Made by a program: the position numbers and the translations under genes. A stretch of 64,000 nt of DNA from Octopus sinensis (Eukaryota), in contig NC_043006.1 in the NCBI RefSeq assembly GCF_006345805.1, positions 104,098,001 to 104,162,000 of the forward strand, read 5' to 3'. The notes under the pieces were generated by a model. That model searched no databases. It saw nothing but the letters and a program-made list of their open reading frames with translations, and was not told the DNA's origin. The stretch's first letter is position 1; each line of letters opens with the position of its first letter. Below are positions 10,415 to 24,299 of the stretch, piece by piece.

Positions 10415-10710
10415 AGGGAGAGTTTACGAAAAAAACAAAAGACAAAGACAGGTGGTGTACAAAACAAACAGATGTATTAGTATAATGCTCAGGAATAGAA
10501 AAGTCTTTTATATTTCGAGCCTACGCTCTTCTACAGAAAGAGACACAGAAAAAACAAGGAAAGAAAAAAGGAGAGAAAAAAAATATATATTAAACGTTTT
10601 CCATCCGGCCCTTACTCTCCGTGAGATAACAAATGCACTCTATATATACGTACATACAAACAAGGAGAGAAAAAAATGTGTGTAGTGGCTAACGATCTAT
10701 CATGGGGTAT
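10415..10710 (-). mobile_element. Penelope-like terminus with hammerhead-like motif (copy 3)
   Basis: Reverse complement of 10504-10541 reads tcttt CTGTAGA A GAGC GTAG GCTC GAAAT ATA AAAGA. Confidence 0.65.
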
Positions 10711-11425
10711 CAAGGTTGATCTGGGCCTATGGAACATCGAGAGCAGCAGTAGCCCCTTCCTCGATGTTATTCTTTGTACATAGCTTATTAGTGTCTATTA
10801 TTGACAGCCACAGGATTATCAAATAACACTACTAACGCAATAACTACGAAATACAGCAATAACAACAACAACAACGATCAGAAAAAAACATCAACAATTA
10901 GTAGAATACTCTCAGATTTCAAGCAAGTTAAAGAAATCGATCCCAATTCCTCTATCTCTAGAGACCGATGCCGAACTGTCTAGACTAGCCAAATACTGGT
11001 TCGGTTTTAATACTATTATTAGTAAAAACCCAGTCAAATGATTTCTTCTGAATGTTTTATGCAAGCAAAATAACTCAGCAGAAAATCAATATGGAAGCGA
11101 TATGGAAACTTAACTTTCCGTATATTGGTTCCGTTTGTTTTGTTTCTACTTGTTGTTTATCCTCGCAGGTCAACGCTGAACGAGATCTGATCAATGCCGT
11201 GCCATCCGTGGCTAAACTAAGCTTGTAGTTTTTTTTTTGTTTTTTTATATTTTTGTTTTTTTTTTTCTTTCTTTCCTTTCCTTTTTTTGTTAGTTTTCAC
11301 ACATAGTGTATCTAGAATTACATTGTCTATCTAATGTGTAATACACTTACCGCTTAATTTAAGATTAAGTTGCTATTTCCAGTAGGCCGATCGACTGTAA
11401 AGATGCTTCCTCAGTGGTTTATGTT

Positions 11426-11456
<31 letters not shown>

Positions 11457-11784
11457 CCATTGAGGTAACAGAGTCGTTACAACGCCGGGTAAAACGATAA
11501 ACGCCATTGAGTCCATCTTTACGTTCAGAGTTCAAATTCTATCGAATACAACTTTGCCTTTCATCCATTTCGAGGTCGATATATTAAGTATCAGTTGAAC
11601 ACTGGGGTCGATGCAACCGATTTGCTTCTCCCACTAAAATTGCTGGTCTTGTGCCAAAATTGTGAAACCATCTTCATTCATCATCATCTCATCATCATCA
11701 TCATCATCATTATTATTATATGATTATAATATATTTTATTATTATTATTATTATTATATTATTATTATTATTATTATTATTATT

Positions 11785-12297
11785 ATGAGTGAGAGAGCAG
11801 TGCATGCCATCAAAAAAGTGACTGGGGTAAAATATACGAAGCCCAGTATACCCATCATGACTACCCGTCTGATAAGGGTACACCAGGCACATGCATCACA
11901 ACCATATGTGCGCGACATGGTGATCTCATATCAAGATAAACAGCACATGACCTTGCAGGTGGAGCCCAGTTAGAATTTTCTTCAGATCGAGTAACCCATC
12001 CTGCTCAAAAGTCCCTGAATAAGGGTTGTTTAAGGACGTTGAACGAAACCCATGTTTCCAGAGGTGAATTATTCAAACCCCAAAGAATCCTTCTCAACAC
12101 ATGGCTATGATGCTCCCCAACTACTTCTGCTCGTGATCAGAGATGAACATATCGTCAGCCACTAAGGAACATGCTCAACTGGTTAAGGTCAAGCAACTGA
12201 CAAGCAAGTCTGTGGTATTGAGCAGAATATTTGCTGTAGCCCATCTTTTATACCAAGACAAAACAATGTACATGATAACACTTCCAATCAGTTAAGA

Positions 12298-12300
<3 letters not shown>
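11785..12300 (-). mobile_element. Probable retroelement 3' fragment embedded in (TTA)n
   Basis: Non-repetitive ~515-bp block bounded on both sides by (tta)n; no recognisable protein motif. Confidence 0.4.
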
Positions 12301-12351
<51 letters not shown>

Positions 12352-12353
<2 letters not shown>

Positions 12354-12792
12354 CTATGTTTGACTTTTGCTTTACATTTATACAAGTTGGCTCCAAGTCT
12401 CAGCCAGAGACCTCAAGAGACAACAAGTTGGAAGTTCATGTTGGTGTTATGCCTAGGGTGCCATATATTTGGTTTTGTACTTAGTGTTGTACTAGTGAGT
12501 GTCTAAAAACCATACGAAAATTATGTTTGTTTTAAAACTTGAGATTACATAGAGAGTATTTTGCGTAGGATATTAGCAGTTCCCATGAGCACTATCTTTT
12601 GAATTTCTGCAATTTTTGGATTTCCTGGTATCTGAGTTAGGTAGCATTCAGCCCCTTTTGCTATCATTCCCAGGGCACCTATGACAACAGGTATTGTTTT
12701 AGTCTTCAGGTTCCACATTTTGCTGATTTCTATTTCAAGATCTTTGTATTTGCTCAGTTTCTGGTAGGTCTTGACAGATACGTTTATATCGA
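12352..12792 (-). mobile_element. R4/Dong-clade LINE 3' end (RLE endonuclease C-terminus + 3' UTR) abutting (TAA)n
   Basis: Minus-strand translation DINVSVKTYQKLSKYKDLEIEISKMWNLKTKTIPVVIGALGMIAKG...KIVLMGTANILRKILSM* (stop ~12545) fits the RLE K..KY.DL / PIVIGALG signature. Confidence 0.88.
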
Positions 12793-12928
12793 ATTATTAT
12801 TTCCTCTGAGGTCAACTTTGCCTTTCATCCTTCAGCGTCGATAAATTAAGTAACAGTTTAACCCTGGGGTCGAGTAATCGTCTTAATTCCTTACCCCAAT
12901 TTTGAGGTCTTCTGCTTCCGGTAGAAAG

Positions 12929-13140
<212 letters not shown>

Positions 13141-13469
13141 GAGTTGATGGTACCTCTCCAATTATAGACCTTGAGTCGGAGAGAAGGAATTGGAATGAGT
13201 AGTTGCTGATAGGGTTTCAAGGACATTCCGGACAGCCGGGTCCCTCGATTATCCCTAGAGGCATTCCTGTACCAGGAGGGCCACATGTCTATCATCCTCC
13301 CTGCCACTTCTTCATGTACCTTTGTATGCTATGCAGATGTCTCTTCGTTTCCAGTGTGCATCATGAAATGATTTTTTAAAATCGTTTCATTATTATAAGT
13401 AAACCTCCACACGTCATGTCTGTCTCTGTATGTCCCCCTCGTCTTTAGTCCTTGTGGAAAATAAATGAA

Positions 13470-13673
13470 ATAATAATAATAATATTATTATCACTGTTAT
13501 TATTATTATTGCTATTATTATCATTATTGTTACTATTATTATTGTTATTATTATTGTTATTGCTGTTATTCTTATTGTTATAGTTATTATTGTTACTATT
13601 ATTATTGTTATTATTATTGTTATAGTTATTATTGTTATTATTATTATTGTTGTTGTTGTTCGGAGTAGGGGTG

Positions 13674-13708
<35 letters not shown>

Positions 13709-13720
13709 TGTAGTAGTAGT
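13470..13720. repeat. Degenerate (TTA/TTG)n-(GTG)n-(GTA)n microsatellite
   Basis: Direct reading. Confidence 0.9.
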
Positions 13721-13949
13721 TATATCTAGTGGAAAGGGACGTATCTCTGTCATTTGCTGTCCCCCAAAGATAACAGGAGGCAAGCGCGAGAAGAAAGTTT
13801 ACTCTCTCTTTTACTCTTTTACATGTTTCAGTCATTTGACTGCGGCCATGCTGGAGCACCGCTATTTTTTCATTTTTGATTACTTTTTTTTTGTTTGTTG
13901 TTGTGTGTGAAATGTTGTATGTCTATACATATGCAAATAACTACATACA

Positions 13950-14015
<66 letters not shown>

Positions 14016-14067
14016 CACCCACTTGCTTATCTGCATGTATGTCGGTTTATGGAAATATGATATAACT

Positions 14068-14388
14068 GGTACCGCGTTGGTTACGACGGCGAGGGTCTCA
14101 TCTGATCCGATCAATGGAACAGCCACCCGTGAAATTAACGTGCAAGTGGCTGAGCACTCCACAGACATGTGTACCCATAACGTAGTTCTCAGAGAGATTC
14201 AGTGGGGTAAAGAATATGACAAGGCTGGTTCTTTAAATTACAAGTACTGCTCATTTTTGCCAGCCGAGTGGACTGGGGCTACGTGAAATCAAGTGTCTTG
14301 CTCAGGGCAAAACACGCCGCCAGGAATCGAACTCATGACCTTACAACCGTGAACCGAATACCCTAACCTCTGAGTCACATACCTTCAC
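14068..14388 (-). mobile_element. SINE type E
   Basis: Homologous to 521-810, head included. Confidence 0.85.
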
Positions 14389-14411
14389 GAAAAAATTATA
14401 CGTGTGTCGTC

Positions 14412-14767
14412 GTGGCACTCCGTCGGTTACGATTACGAGGGATCCAGTTGATCCGATCAACGGAACAACCTGCTTGTGAACTTACACAGACACATGTGAA
14501 CCCTTAACGTAGTTCTCGGGGAGATTCAGCGTGACACGGTTGGCCCTTTGAAATACAGGGACAACAGAAACAGGAGGAAAGAGTGAGAGAAAGTTGTGGT
14601 GAAAGAGTTATATCAGGGTTCGCCACCACCCCTTGCCGGAGCCTTATGGAGCTTTAGGTGTTTTCTCTCAATAGACACTCACAACGCTCTGTCTGGGAAT
14701 CGAAACCGCGATCTTACGACTTGGAGTCTGCTGCCCTACCCACCGATACATATGCATTTGCGCCTCC
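14412..14767 (-). mobile_element. SINE type C with tail alpha
   Basis: Reverse complement matches 2944-3256 and continues into the tail shared with type E. Confidence 0.85.
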
Positions 14768-15104
14768 GATACATATGCATTGTGCATGTATATTTGCTTA
14801 TATCTATGTATCTACGCAATCATATGACCTTCTACTACATTTTGTTCCGGCACGTATATATTTCATCGATATTCATTTAAATTGTTCCATTGTAAAACTG
14901 AAGACGACCATGAGCACAGAGACTGGTCTGTGTTGTTTCAGCGAAGACAGTTTCTGGAATTTGTGAATAAATGAATGCTTAATGTGGATGTATGCAAAAG
15001 TATATGTTTGTACGTATCTGAATATCAATTGTCTGTATTGTTATCTGCCTGAGTGTGTGTATCTGCGTGTGCGCATTTGTTGGTTCTTTTGTATATGGTG
15101 TTGT

Positions 15105-15204
15105 NNNNNNNNNNNNNNNNNNNNNNNNNNNNNNNNNNNNNNNNNNNNNNNNNNNNNNNNNNNNNNNNNNNNNNNNNNNNNNNNNNNNNNNNNNNNNNNN
15201 NNNN
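15105..15204. other. Assembly gap (100 N)
   Basis: Run of N. Confidence 1.
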
Positions 15205-15215
15205 ATAATATATAT

Positions 15216-15257
<42 letters not shown>

Positions 15258-15350
15258 ACATAATTCATATATATATATATATATACATACTATATATATA
15301 TATATAATACACACACACACACCACACACACACACATATATATATATATA

Positions 15351-16216
15351 CAGGTGGGGAAGCAAAATTTAAAATGAACGTTAAGTTAATATGATTTGAG
15401 GTTAAAATCTTACACAAGAACACCACAATACTTGTTGACAACAGCTAAGCAGGAAAAGCGATTGGAAATGTGCAAGAAAATTATCACATGGTTCAAGAAA
15501 AAGTCCTCCATTGTAACGATCTTTTCATCTGAAAAGATCTTCACTGTCGATGCTGTTCTGAATCGCAGAAATGACAGATTCATCTCAAAATCGACAGCTG
15601 AGTTTAAGGAGACATTCAAAACAAAACATCCTGCTCAAGTTATGGCTTTTGGTGTTGTGGCTTCCGATGGAAAGAAAATGCACATAAAATTCTACAAAGC
15701 TGATGAAAAGATCAACGTTAATACTTACTACAAGACATTGAGATACCAGATATTGCCATGGCTTAAAGCAAACTACCCACATGGTAATTATGTATGGACA
15801 CAGGATGGTGCTCCAGCCCACACAGCTAAAAAAATACAAGATTTCTGCAAATCCAGCTTCAGCAATTTTTTTAAATCATGGTTATGGCCGCCTTCTAGCC
15901 CAGATCTAAACCCTCTGGATTATGCTATTTGGGGCGTTTTAGAACATGCTACCAATAGAACATCACACAGCAATGTCGACTCTCTTAAAGATACTATTAC
16001 AGAAGAATGGGAGAAGTTGTCTCCCGAATATTTGAGGAACACTTGTACAAGTTTCAGGAGGCGTGTGAAGGCAATTATTGAGAAAGAAGGAGGACAAATA
16101 GAATAAAAAGCATTTTCTATTATGTAAATTTTCTTGTGGCAAATACATTCTCATGACTTTCAATAAAATAATTAGTCATGCACAGTCTTTCAATCCATGC
16201 CTCAAATATTGTAAAT
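15351..16216 (+). mobile_element. Internally deleted Tc1/mariner maT-family (DD37D) transposon
   Basis: ORF 15396-16106 has WTQDGAPAHT...WPPSSPDLNPLD with 37 residues between the last two D; TA + caggtggggaagcaaaatttaaaat left end; partial right TIR ending ...aaatattgtaaat. Confidence 0.9.
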
Positions 16217-16283
16217 ATATATGTACTATATATATATATATATATACATATATAATATATATATATATATATATATCTATAAT

Positions 16284-16314
<31 letters not shown>

Positions 16315-16704
16315 TATATATATTGTATATGTGTGTGTGTGTGTGTGTATGTGTATGACTTAGTGCTTAAAGTTTTGTACTCACCTTCTAGCGATCGCGA
16401 TTTCAATTCCTAGACCTTTTGGCGCGCTGTGTTTTTCAGCAAAACACTTTATCCCTGCAATCACTTCGATATCTGACGCGTGGTGCAGAAAACGTCGATT
16501 CGATGGAGAGACAGACCGCATGTGCAGCATGAACATTTGATCACTATAAACAAATCTTTTGTGGTGCAGGTTTTTCGGCAAAAATCCACACGTCGTCTTC
16601 GATGCGAGATGCCATCATATAAATTAAAGGTGGCTTAGTCGCAATTTACAACCGAAAGGCAGAAGTATAGACGTCACTATGACTAAGGGTACTAGTTAGC
16701 ATCC

Positions 16705-16813
16705 GCATTGCTAGAAATAAGAGTCAAAACAATTTTTAATTACGGGAAAGCACTTATTTTATGCAAGCCTTTTCGTGGCTAGAAGTCCGTTTTGATTTTT
16801 ATTTCTAGCAATG

Positions 16814-16814
<1 letters not shown>
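16705..16814. repeat. Imperfect hairpin, 26-bp arms; related to 37754-37882 and 38103-38224
   Basis: gcattgctagaaataagagtcaaaac / gttttgatttttatttctagcaatgc. Confidence 0.7.
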
Positions 16815-16858
<44 letters not shown>

Positions 16859-17209
16859 TATATATACGCTGAAGATTGCGATCTTGGCAGCCATTCTGAA
16901 ACATGTCTGCAATCTCTTGTATCTGCATTTGACTCGGCTTGCGATGATTAGGGCTTGACGATCAACTTGAAAAAAAAAAACAGTTGTAATGCATCAATCC
17001 TCGTGTGGTGCTGTTTGTAACCCCACTAAAACTTTTTGTTAAGGGTAAGTTATTTGAGGTTATCGATTCGTTCGTCTACCTTGGAAGCTCTATACAAATC
17101 ATTTGTCTCACCATCCCTCAGTTAAATAAATTGTTTGTTTTTTTTATTAAACATAACTAGTCTGGGGACTTTTTGATACCACCTCGTATGTATAATCCAA
17201 ATTTATCGC

Positions 17210-17590
17210 TAACAAGCAGTATCGCCCAGCGTTGCTCGGGTTTGTAAGGGAAATAACTACATAAGCGTTTTTAGAGAGTTATAGCCAAAAAATAGCAAAA
17301 AAATGCATTAAAAATGGAAAAAAAATTATTGTTGACTCATCGTAGACATTTTTAGAGAGTTACTTCCCTTATATAATAGCGAAAAAATGCATTAAAATGG
17401 AAAAAATGATGGTAATTTTTTTTTAAATCGTAGACTCATCGTAGACGCGCGCTAATACCAAGAAAGGCTCGATATGAATCACGACTATAAGATACCCGGT
17501 TTTGGTTAAACTGCACCGCAAAATGTGGGAGTAGTTAGGAATCTAAATCGTAGGAGACAGACACACAACTTGACTTTTATATATAAAGAT
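17210..17590 (+). mobile_element. Non-autonomous Helitron/Helentron-like element (HINE/DINE-like)
   Basis: Starts taacaagcagtatcgcccagcgttgctcggg and ends cttttatatataaagat, termini typical of these elements; internal ~80-bp duplication (tttttagagagtta...gactcatcgtagac). Confidence 0.65.
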
Positions 17591-17829
17591 TACTCAAGTC
17601 ACGACTATTTTGCTTATTTAGTTGCTAGTAGGAATATAACATCTCCTATTTCCTAAAAACATTAGCGTATGATTTGGGAGAAATTTGGTTGTTATTCCTA
17701 AAAGATCGTAGAACCACTCATTGATTTCCTCTGACCTTGTTGCAATTTCCTAGGTCGTAGTTTTCGTTAATCATCGTCGTAGATACTGACCACCACTGCT
17801 GAAAAAGTGATGAAACACAAATGTATTAT

Positions 17830-18298
17830 AACCAACACTATATGACAACGATGGTGATGCAAATGTGGATGATGGGGTGGGGGCGGTGAAACTGATGATG
17901 ATGATGATGATGATGACGACGAGGTTAATGAGGGACATGATGACGACGGCAATGATAAGGATGCTGATGGTGACGATGACGATGAAGGTTCGACGATGAA
18001 AATAATGACTACCTGGATAGGAATGAGGATTGTTACTGAGGAAAGTGCTGTTTCTGCTGCTTCTTTGCTGCTGCTGCTGCTATTGTTGTTGTTCTTGTCG
18101 ATGATGATGATGATGATGATGATGATGAAGATGATGATGAAGGTGAGGATGATGATGACGATGATGATGATGATGGCGATGATGATGATGTTGATGATGA
18201 TAACGATGATGATGATGATGATGAAGATGATGATGAAGGTGAGGATGATGATGACGATGACGATGATGATGACGATGATGATGATGATGATGAAGGTG

Positions 18299-18332
<34 letters not shown>

Positions 18333-18600
18333 CGATGATGATGATGATGATGATGTTGATGATGATAACGATGATGATGATGATGATGAAGATGATGATG
18401 ATGAAGATGATGATGATGAAGATGATGATGATGAAGATGATGATGACGATGATGATGACGATGATGATGAAGATGATGATGATGACGATGATGATGATGA
18501 TGAAGATGATGATGAAGGTGAGGATGATGATGACGATGATGATGCTAAATGATGACGATGATGATTGCAATGTTTTTGACGATGGAAATGATACAATCAA
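17830..18600. repeat. (GAT)n array with higher-order periodicity
   Basis: gaaggtgaggat recurs at ~18139, 18235, 18292 and 18514; gttgatgatgataac at ~18190 and 18355. Confidence 0.9.
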
Positions 18601-18986
18601 ATGAGGCCAGCCCAAATCTGTCTCTCCTCCGCCATCTCCCCCACCACCACCACCAGTACCATTTACTCCGCACCCTCCCGCCCCCACCAACCCAATCTTC
18701 TATGGTGTTAGGCTGGCCTCATGCTTTGGCTTCGCTCCAGTTTCTATCTCAATTGCTTCTTTATCTCTATTTATATTTCTCCAATTTTTTCTCTCTTTCA
18801 GTTTGACATGTTTCTTCGCGCGCACATACGGGTGTATGTGTGTACGTATGTATGTATGTATGTATGTATGTATGTATGTATTTGTGTGTGTGTGTATGTA
18901 TGTATGTATGTATGTATTTATATGTGTGTGTATGTATGTATATATGTACGCATGTATGTATGTATGTATGTATGTATGCATGTATG

Positions 18987-19034
<48 letters not shown>

Positions 19035-19066
19035 TATCTGTATGCGTTTGTATGTGCGCGTGTGCG

Positions 19067-19109
<43 letters not shown>

Positions 19110-19627
19110 ATATCTATGTGTATGCGTGTATACCATGTGTGTGTATGTATATGTGTGTGCATGCATATGTTCGGTATGCATATATTTATACACACATACA
19201 TATGTACTTAAGCATATATGCATGTGGATGCATATATGGATGCATTTATGCCTACATGCATGCACTTATATATGTATATATGTACCCATGAGTGTATGTA
19301 TGTAAGTATGTTTGTGATCGTTTATCATGTGCTTACATAGCTCATATATGGATGGTATACATATGTATATATATCTTTATGTGATTGTGTGTGAGTTCAT
19401 GTCTGTGTACGTCTGTATGTGTGAATGCGTGGTGTGTACATGTGTACGTTTATACACGCACCTAGTTCACACACGTTTAAATATTTTTTTGTAGCATATA
19501 TATAAATACATACATGCATATATATATATATATACATATATATATATTATATATATACATATATATGTGTATATGTAATGTACGCATACACATATGTGTG
19601 CGCGTATGCAAGCGTATGTGTATGAAT

Positions 19628-19699
<72 letters not shown>

Positions 19700-19762
19700 T
19701 ATACTGAATATATATATGCATATATGTTATAAACATATGCAAATGTGTGTATGTGTCTATAT

Positions 19763-19809
<47 letters not shown>

Positions 19810-20200
19810 ATATTATATATATATATATATGCATAGACATGTGTGTATATAAAAGTGTGTTATATATGTATATATGTATATATATATATATATAAATATA
19901 TATATATATATGTTTGTGTGTACATGTTTGTATATATAGACCCACATACACACGCACATATATATATGCATGTGTGTATGCGTGTATGTACACAATGTAC
20001 AGCAGTGAGGTATTAATAGACGAAAGTGTAGCAATTATGGAAACCAGATGAGGATGTTGGATAAATATAGCCGCCATTACCTACTTTCTTCTGCCGCTTA
20101 ACACTGGATACTGAACACATAAACTTCGTATAATTTCTAGCTTCTCCCCTTCTCATTCCAAAACACCCTCTTCGCCTTTCACCACCGCTCCATATATATA

Positions 20201-20237
<37 letters not shown>

Positions 20238-20293
20238 CATACATATATATGTGTGTGTGTATATATATATACATATATATATATATTATATAT

Positions 20294-20340
<47 letters not shown>

Positions 20341-20385
20341 TTATATATATATATATGTGTGTGTATATATATATATACATATATG

Positions 20386-20421
<36 letters not shown>

Positions 20422-20439
20422 TATATATATATATATATG

Positions 20440-20512
<73 letters not shown>

Positions 20513-20889
20513 TATATACGTGTGTGTGTGTTTATGTGTACGGCGTTAGCTTGTGTTGTTGCTGTCGGTTTCTTATTCTACTCACCGTATCAGTTCTACC
20601 ATTTGACTTGCTACCTTTCGTTAGCATTTCCTCTCATTTTTTTCGTCTTTCCTTTCTTGCTATTTGTTATAGTTCTTGTTGTTGTTGTTGTTATTGCCAG
20701 TGCTGCTGCTGTTTCTAATGCTGCTTATAATGGTACATAATAATGTACCATAAAATTGTACCATAATAATAAAGAACTACATAATAATGATGATAATGAT
20801 GATAGATAGATTTCAAATTTTGGTACAAGGCCTGCAATTCCAGGGGAGGAGGTAAGTCGATTGCATCGACCCCCCCCCCTAGTCCTCCT

Positions 20890-21432
20890 ATATTTGGGTA
20901 TTAGAGTGCGTATGTGAGGAACCCAATTCGTCGTCGCGCTCTACAGATCCCGTCGCTTTTACTGAATGTCCTCATCAAAAGCTTCAAAACCTCGCAGTAG
21001 AACTCTCGACTGGTGTTCTGACCCTGGGGGACCGAATTCTCGAAGCACACTACCGCCGTTGTCAAAAACAACGATGAGCATGCTATTGACGGGACTGCAG
21101 GTCTATCGTGCCACTTTTGAAGCGTCTGTGCCACTCGAAACATTGCATACGACCCATTGGCTCGTCGCCGTAAGCTTGCTCAATTTCTCTTTTGCAGATT
21201 TCCCAAGTTTAACGCAAAATTTCCCGTTCGTTCTTTCTTCCAAAATCGCAGTCTGCATCATACACGTGATCACAAAAACACAAATTTCCCAAGTTGCGAA
21301 GTAACCACAGCAATGTCACTCGGCACACTGCCTCGTGGAATTTAGTGCTATATCTCACTGCGCACACAACCATGTATTGCCGCCTCTTGGCGCGCTACAG
21401 AACTTGTCCGGGAAGTTTGGGATACCAACTCG
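20890..21432 (-). mobile_element. Deleted mariner relic
   Basis: Minus translation ...NSVPQGQNTSREFYCEVLKLL resembles mariner EFVP.GQTVN..FY.EVL.RL; TIR-like end (reverse complement tacgagttggtatcccaaacttcccggac) with TA at 21433-21434. Confidence 0.8.
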
Positions 21433-21548
21433 TAAATCCTTACATTGTTTTTTGTATGTCTTCTCAGGAAAAGAAACATTAAAATAAGAGTCTTTGACTC
21501 TTGTTTCTAGCAATATAGGTGCTACCCTGCATCCTCAGTCACTATTAT

Positions 21549-21727
21549 GGCGTAACAGTGGCTGTGTGGTAAGTAGCTTGCTTACGAACCACATGGTTCT
21601 GGGATCAGTCCCACTGTGTGGCACCTTGGACAAGTGTCTTCTACTATAGCCTCGGGTCGACCAAATCCTTGTGAGTGAATCTGTTAGAGAGAAACTGAAA
21701 GAAGCCCGTCGTATATATGTATATATT

Positions 21728-21760
<33 letters not shown>

Positions 21761-21998
21761 TGTGTGTGTGTGTGTGTGTGTGTACGTTCGTGTGTCTGTG
21801 TTTGTCCCCCCAACATTGCTTGACAACCGATGGTGGTGTGTTTACGTCCCCGTAACTTAGCGGTTCGGCAAAAGAGGCCGATAGAATAAGTACTAATCTT
21901 ACAAGTAATAAGTCCTGGGAGTCGATTTGCTCGACTAAAGGTGGTGCTCCAGCATGGCCACAATCAAATGACTGAAACAAGTAAAAGAGTAGAAGAGT
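21549..21998 (+). mobile_element. SINE type B
   Basis: Full head-to-tail copy with internal (AT)n(GT)n. Confidence 0.92.
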
Positions 21999-22113
21999 AA
22001 CTGAAGTTTTCCTTTTTGGTTTTATAATGCCCCTTCATATTTTATACACACACACGCACTCACGCACACAGACAGAGAGACAGACAGACACACACACACA
22101 GAGACACTCACGC

Positions 22114-22164
<51 letters not shown>

Positions 22165-22229
22165 TAATTGTACCTTAATGTTTCTTTTCATGAGAATTCG
22201 TATAAAAGACAATTTAATACTGATTTTGA

Positions 22230-22730
22230 GTTTTGGGACAAGGCTACAAGTTTCAAGGGAGGGTGTATGCTGATTGCTTCGACCCCAGTGCGCAGCTGGT
22301 ACTTTTATTTTATGGAGCCTGAAAGGATAAAAGGCGAAGCCGACCTCAGCAGGATCTCAACTCAAAGCATAAACACGGACGGAATGCCAGCTCACCGCCT
22401 TAATAATGATGATGATGATGATGAGGAGGAGGAGGAGGAGGATGAGGAGGATGAGGATGATGAGGATGATGAGGATGGTGGTGGTGGTGGTGGTGGTGGT
22501 GGTGGTGATGATGATGATGATGATGATGACGATGATGATGGTGGTGATGATGATAATGATGAATTTGCGGGCGGACAGGGGGTAACTTGATCATATCAAC
22601 TCCAGTGCGTAGTTGGTACTTGATTTATCGATCCCGAAAGATTGAAAGGCAAAGTCGACCTCGGTGTAATTTGTAAATAAGAAAGTAAATGCCGCTAAGC
22701 TTTTAACTCGGCTAACGATTTTGTCAAGCT
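22230..22730 (-). mobile_element. Two degenerate type A SINEs flanking a (GAT/GAG/GGT)n array (22403-22560)
   Basis: gaaaggcaaagtcgacctcgg and gataaaaggcgaagccgacctcagc motifs. Confidence 0.7.
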
Positions 22731-22889
22731 AAAACAATGCTCTATTTAACAATCATGAATATAGCTGAGGGCACAGGGGTTGAATCATTATATTAAACAT
22801 GCCTGAAAATGTAAATAAGGGAAAGAAACCAAAACAAATTACCAAATATGAGAGACGTTTGAGAGTTACAAGGGGAAACATCTCAAAAC

Positions 22890-24260
22890 TACTGTTAAGC
22901 TCACCATTAAGGTATGTGTACTCTCTCGGTTTCCATTCTGCAATCTACAGACGCAAGCTCCGAGCAAGCCCCTTTATCTGGACCGTGTGAATGGGCTTAC
23001 TCGGAATGGACTCGCTCAGAATGGGCTTGCTCATACACCGACAGCACCTTCTTCTCACTTCGTTATTTTCAAGTGAAACACGATGAAGTTGATGAGTATG
23101 TATGTTTTCAGCCCTTTTAAAGTCATCCTCTATATGAGCTTTCGCCGAAGTCAATGGACAAAATTTTCCTGTCATTTCCGGCCAAAATAAGGCAATGGGA
23201 TGATCTGCGTAGTCGACTCGACCAATAAATGGTTCCGCCTTGCAAGTGACAGCAGGTATTCGACATAAGTCCACAAGTCAGCAATGTTCATACAAAACAG
23301 TTTCGTCATGCTGCACGCATCTTGGACAAGGTGGGCTGAAGAAACTTTTGTGTCTGTAGCGTTTATACCAAATCAGCAACCACCAGGCCAAGCCAGGCTA
23401 GGAATTTCTGCATGCAGTCCATCGGCCCTGGCTTGAAAGTACTCCGGAAAAGACAAGCCAGCTGATTTTCATCGACACCCAGAGATTCCTTGAGAACATG
23501 ATCACTTTTGCCCGCCGTTGATTCTCCATAGAACGCCGACTTGGAACTTCCATCGCGTTGCCTAACGAGTAGAGAGCTGTGATCACTTGATAACATTTCA
23601 GATACCAAACTCCTTGTTTCAGTCTTTTCAAATTGTAACTCTGTAACAAAGAAGAGCTGTGGAAAAACCTGTCTGATAAACGGCGACCACGTTTTCTCAC
23701 CGTTTGGAAATGTCGCAGCCTCAGTGCTTGCATATGCATCATCAGTTACAACATACCCAAACTTGGATGTGTCATGTTGCAGAACTTTACAGCAAATGGA
23801 ACTCCTGGTCAGTGTAACGCATGCCTTCCACAAACAGCAAAAGGACAGGCGCACAAGTGCAGTGAGACGTGAACTGGAGCAAAGCACAACGGCCATACAG
23901 GTTTAGATAACGGAGACGACGTATGTGCTCGTCGTCTCTGTCCGACTGTTTAGGGATAACTACCCGTCGACCCATTTCTGGTTGAGAGCGGCCACCTTGC
24001 AGATATCCAGTCAATTCTTCTTGCTTTGGTTATCTTGGTCAAACAATCTGCCGCGCAATTTAGCCCGTCCGTCTGTCCAGTGCCCCACAACGCTGTTGGA
24101 TGTCATGTATTTGCTTCTCTAGGTGATAGGCTGCAGACTCGCCAACTTATCCTGTTTGATTTTGATCCCTGTGACCGCCTGTAGACCCTTAGAACGATGC
24201 AGATCACGTCGATGTCTTTCACATCAAATAAAGTTTCGTGATACCACTAAGCGTGTCTAG
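22890..24260 (-). pseudogene. Old Tx1/L1-clade ORF2 3' fragment, homologous to the 49996-53400 ORF2
   Basis: ...KTWSPFIRQVFPQL...ESLGVDENQLACLFRSTFKPGPMDCMQKFLAW aligns with QVWSPHVRFYLPQL...ETLGYDENQLVNLFRRTFGPGYLDNYQKSLAW. Confidence 0.9.
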
Positions 24261-24299
24261 TTTCCACAAAATTAGCTCAAGAGTCAGTAAATACAGAAG

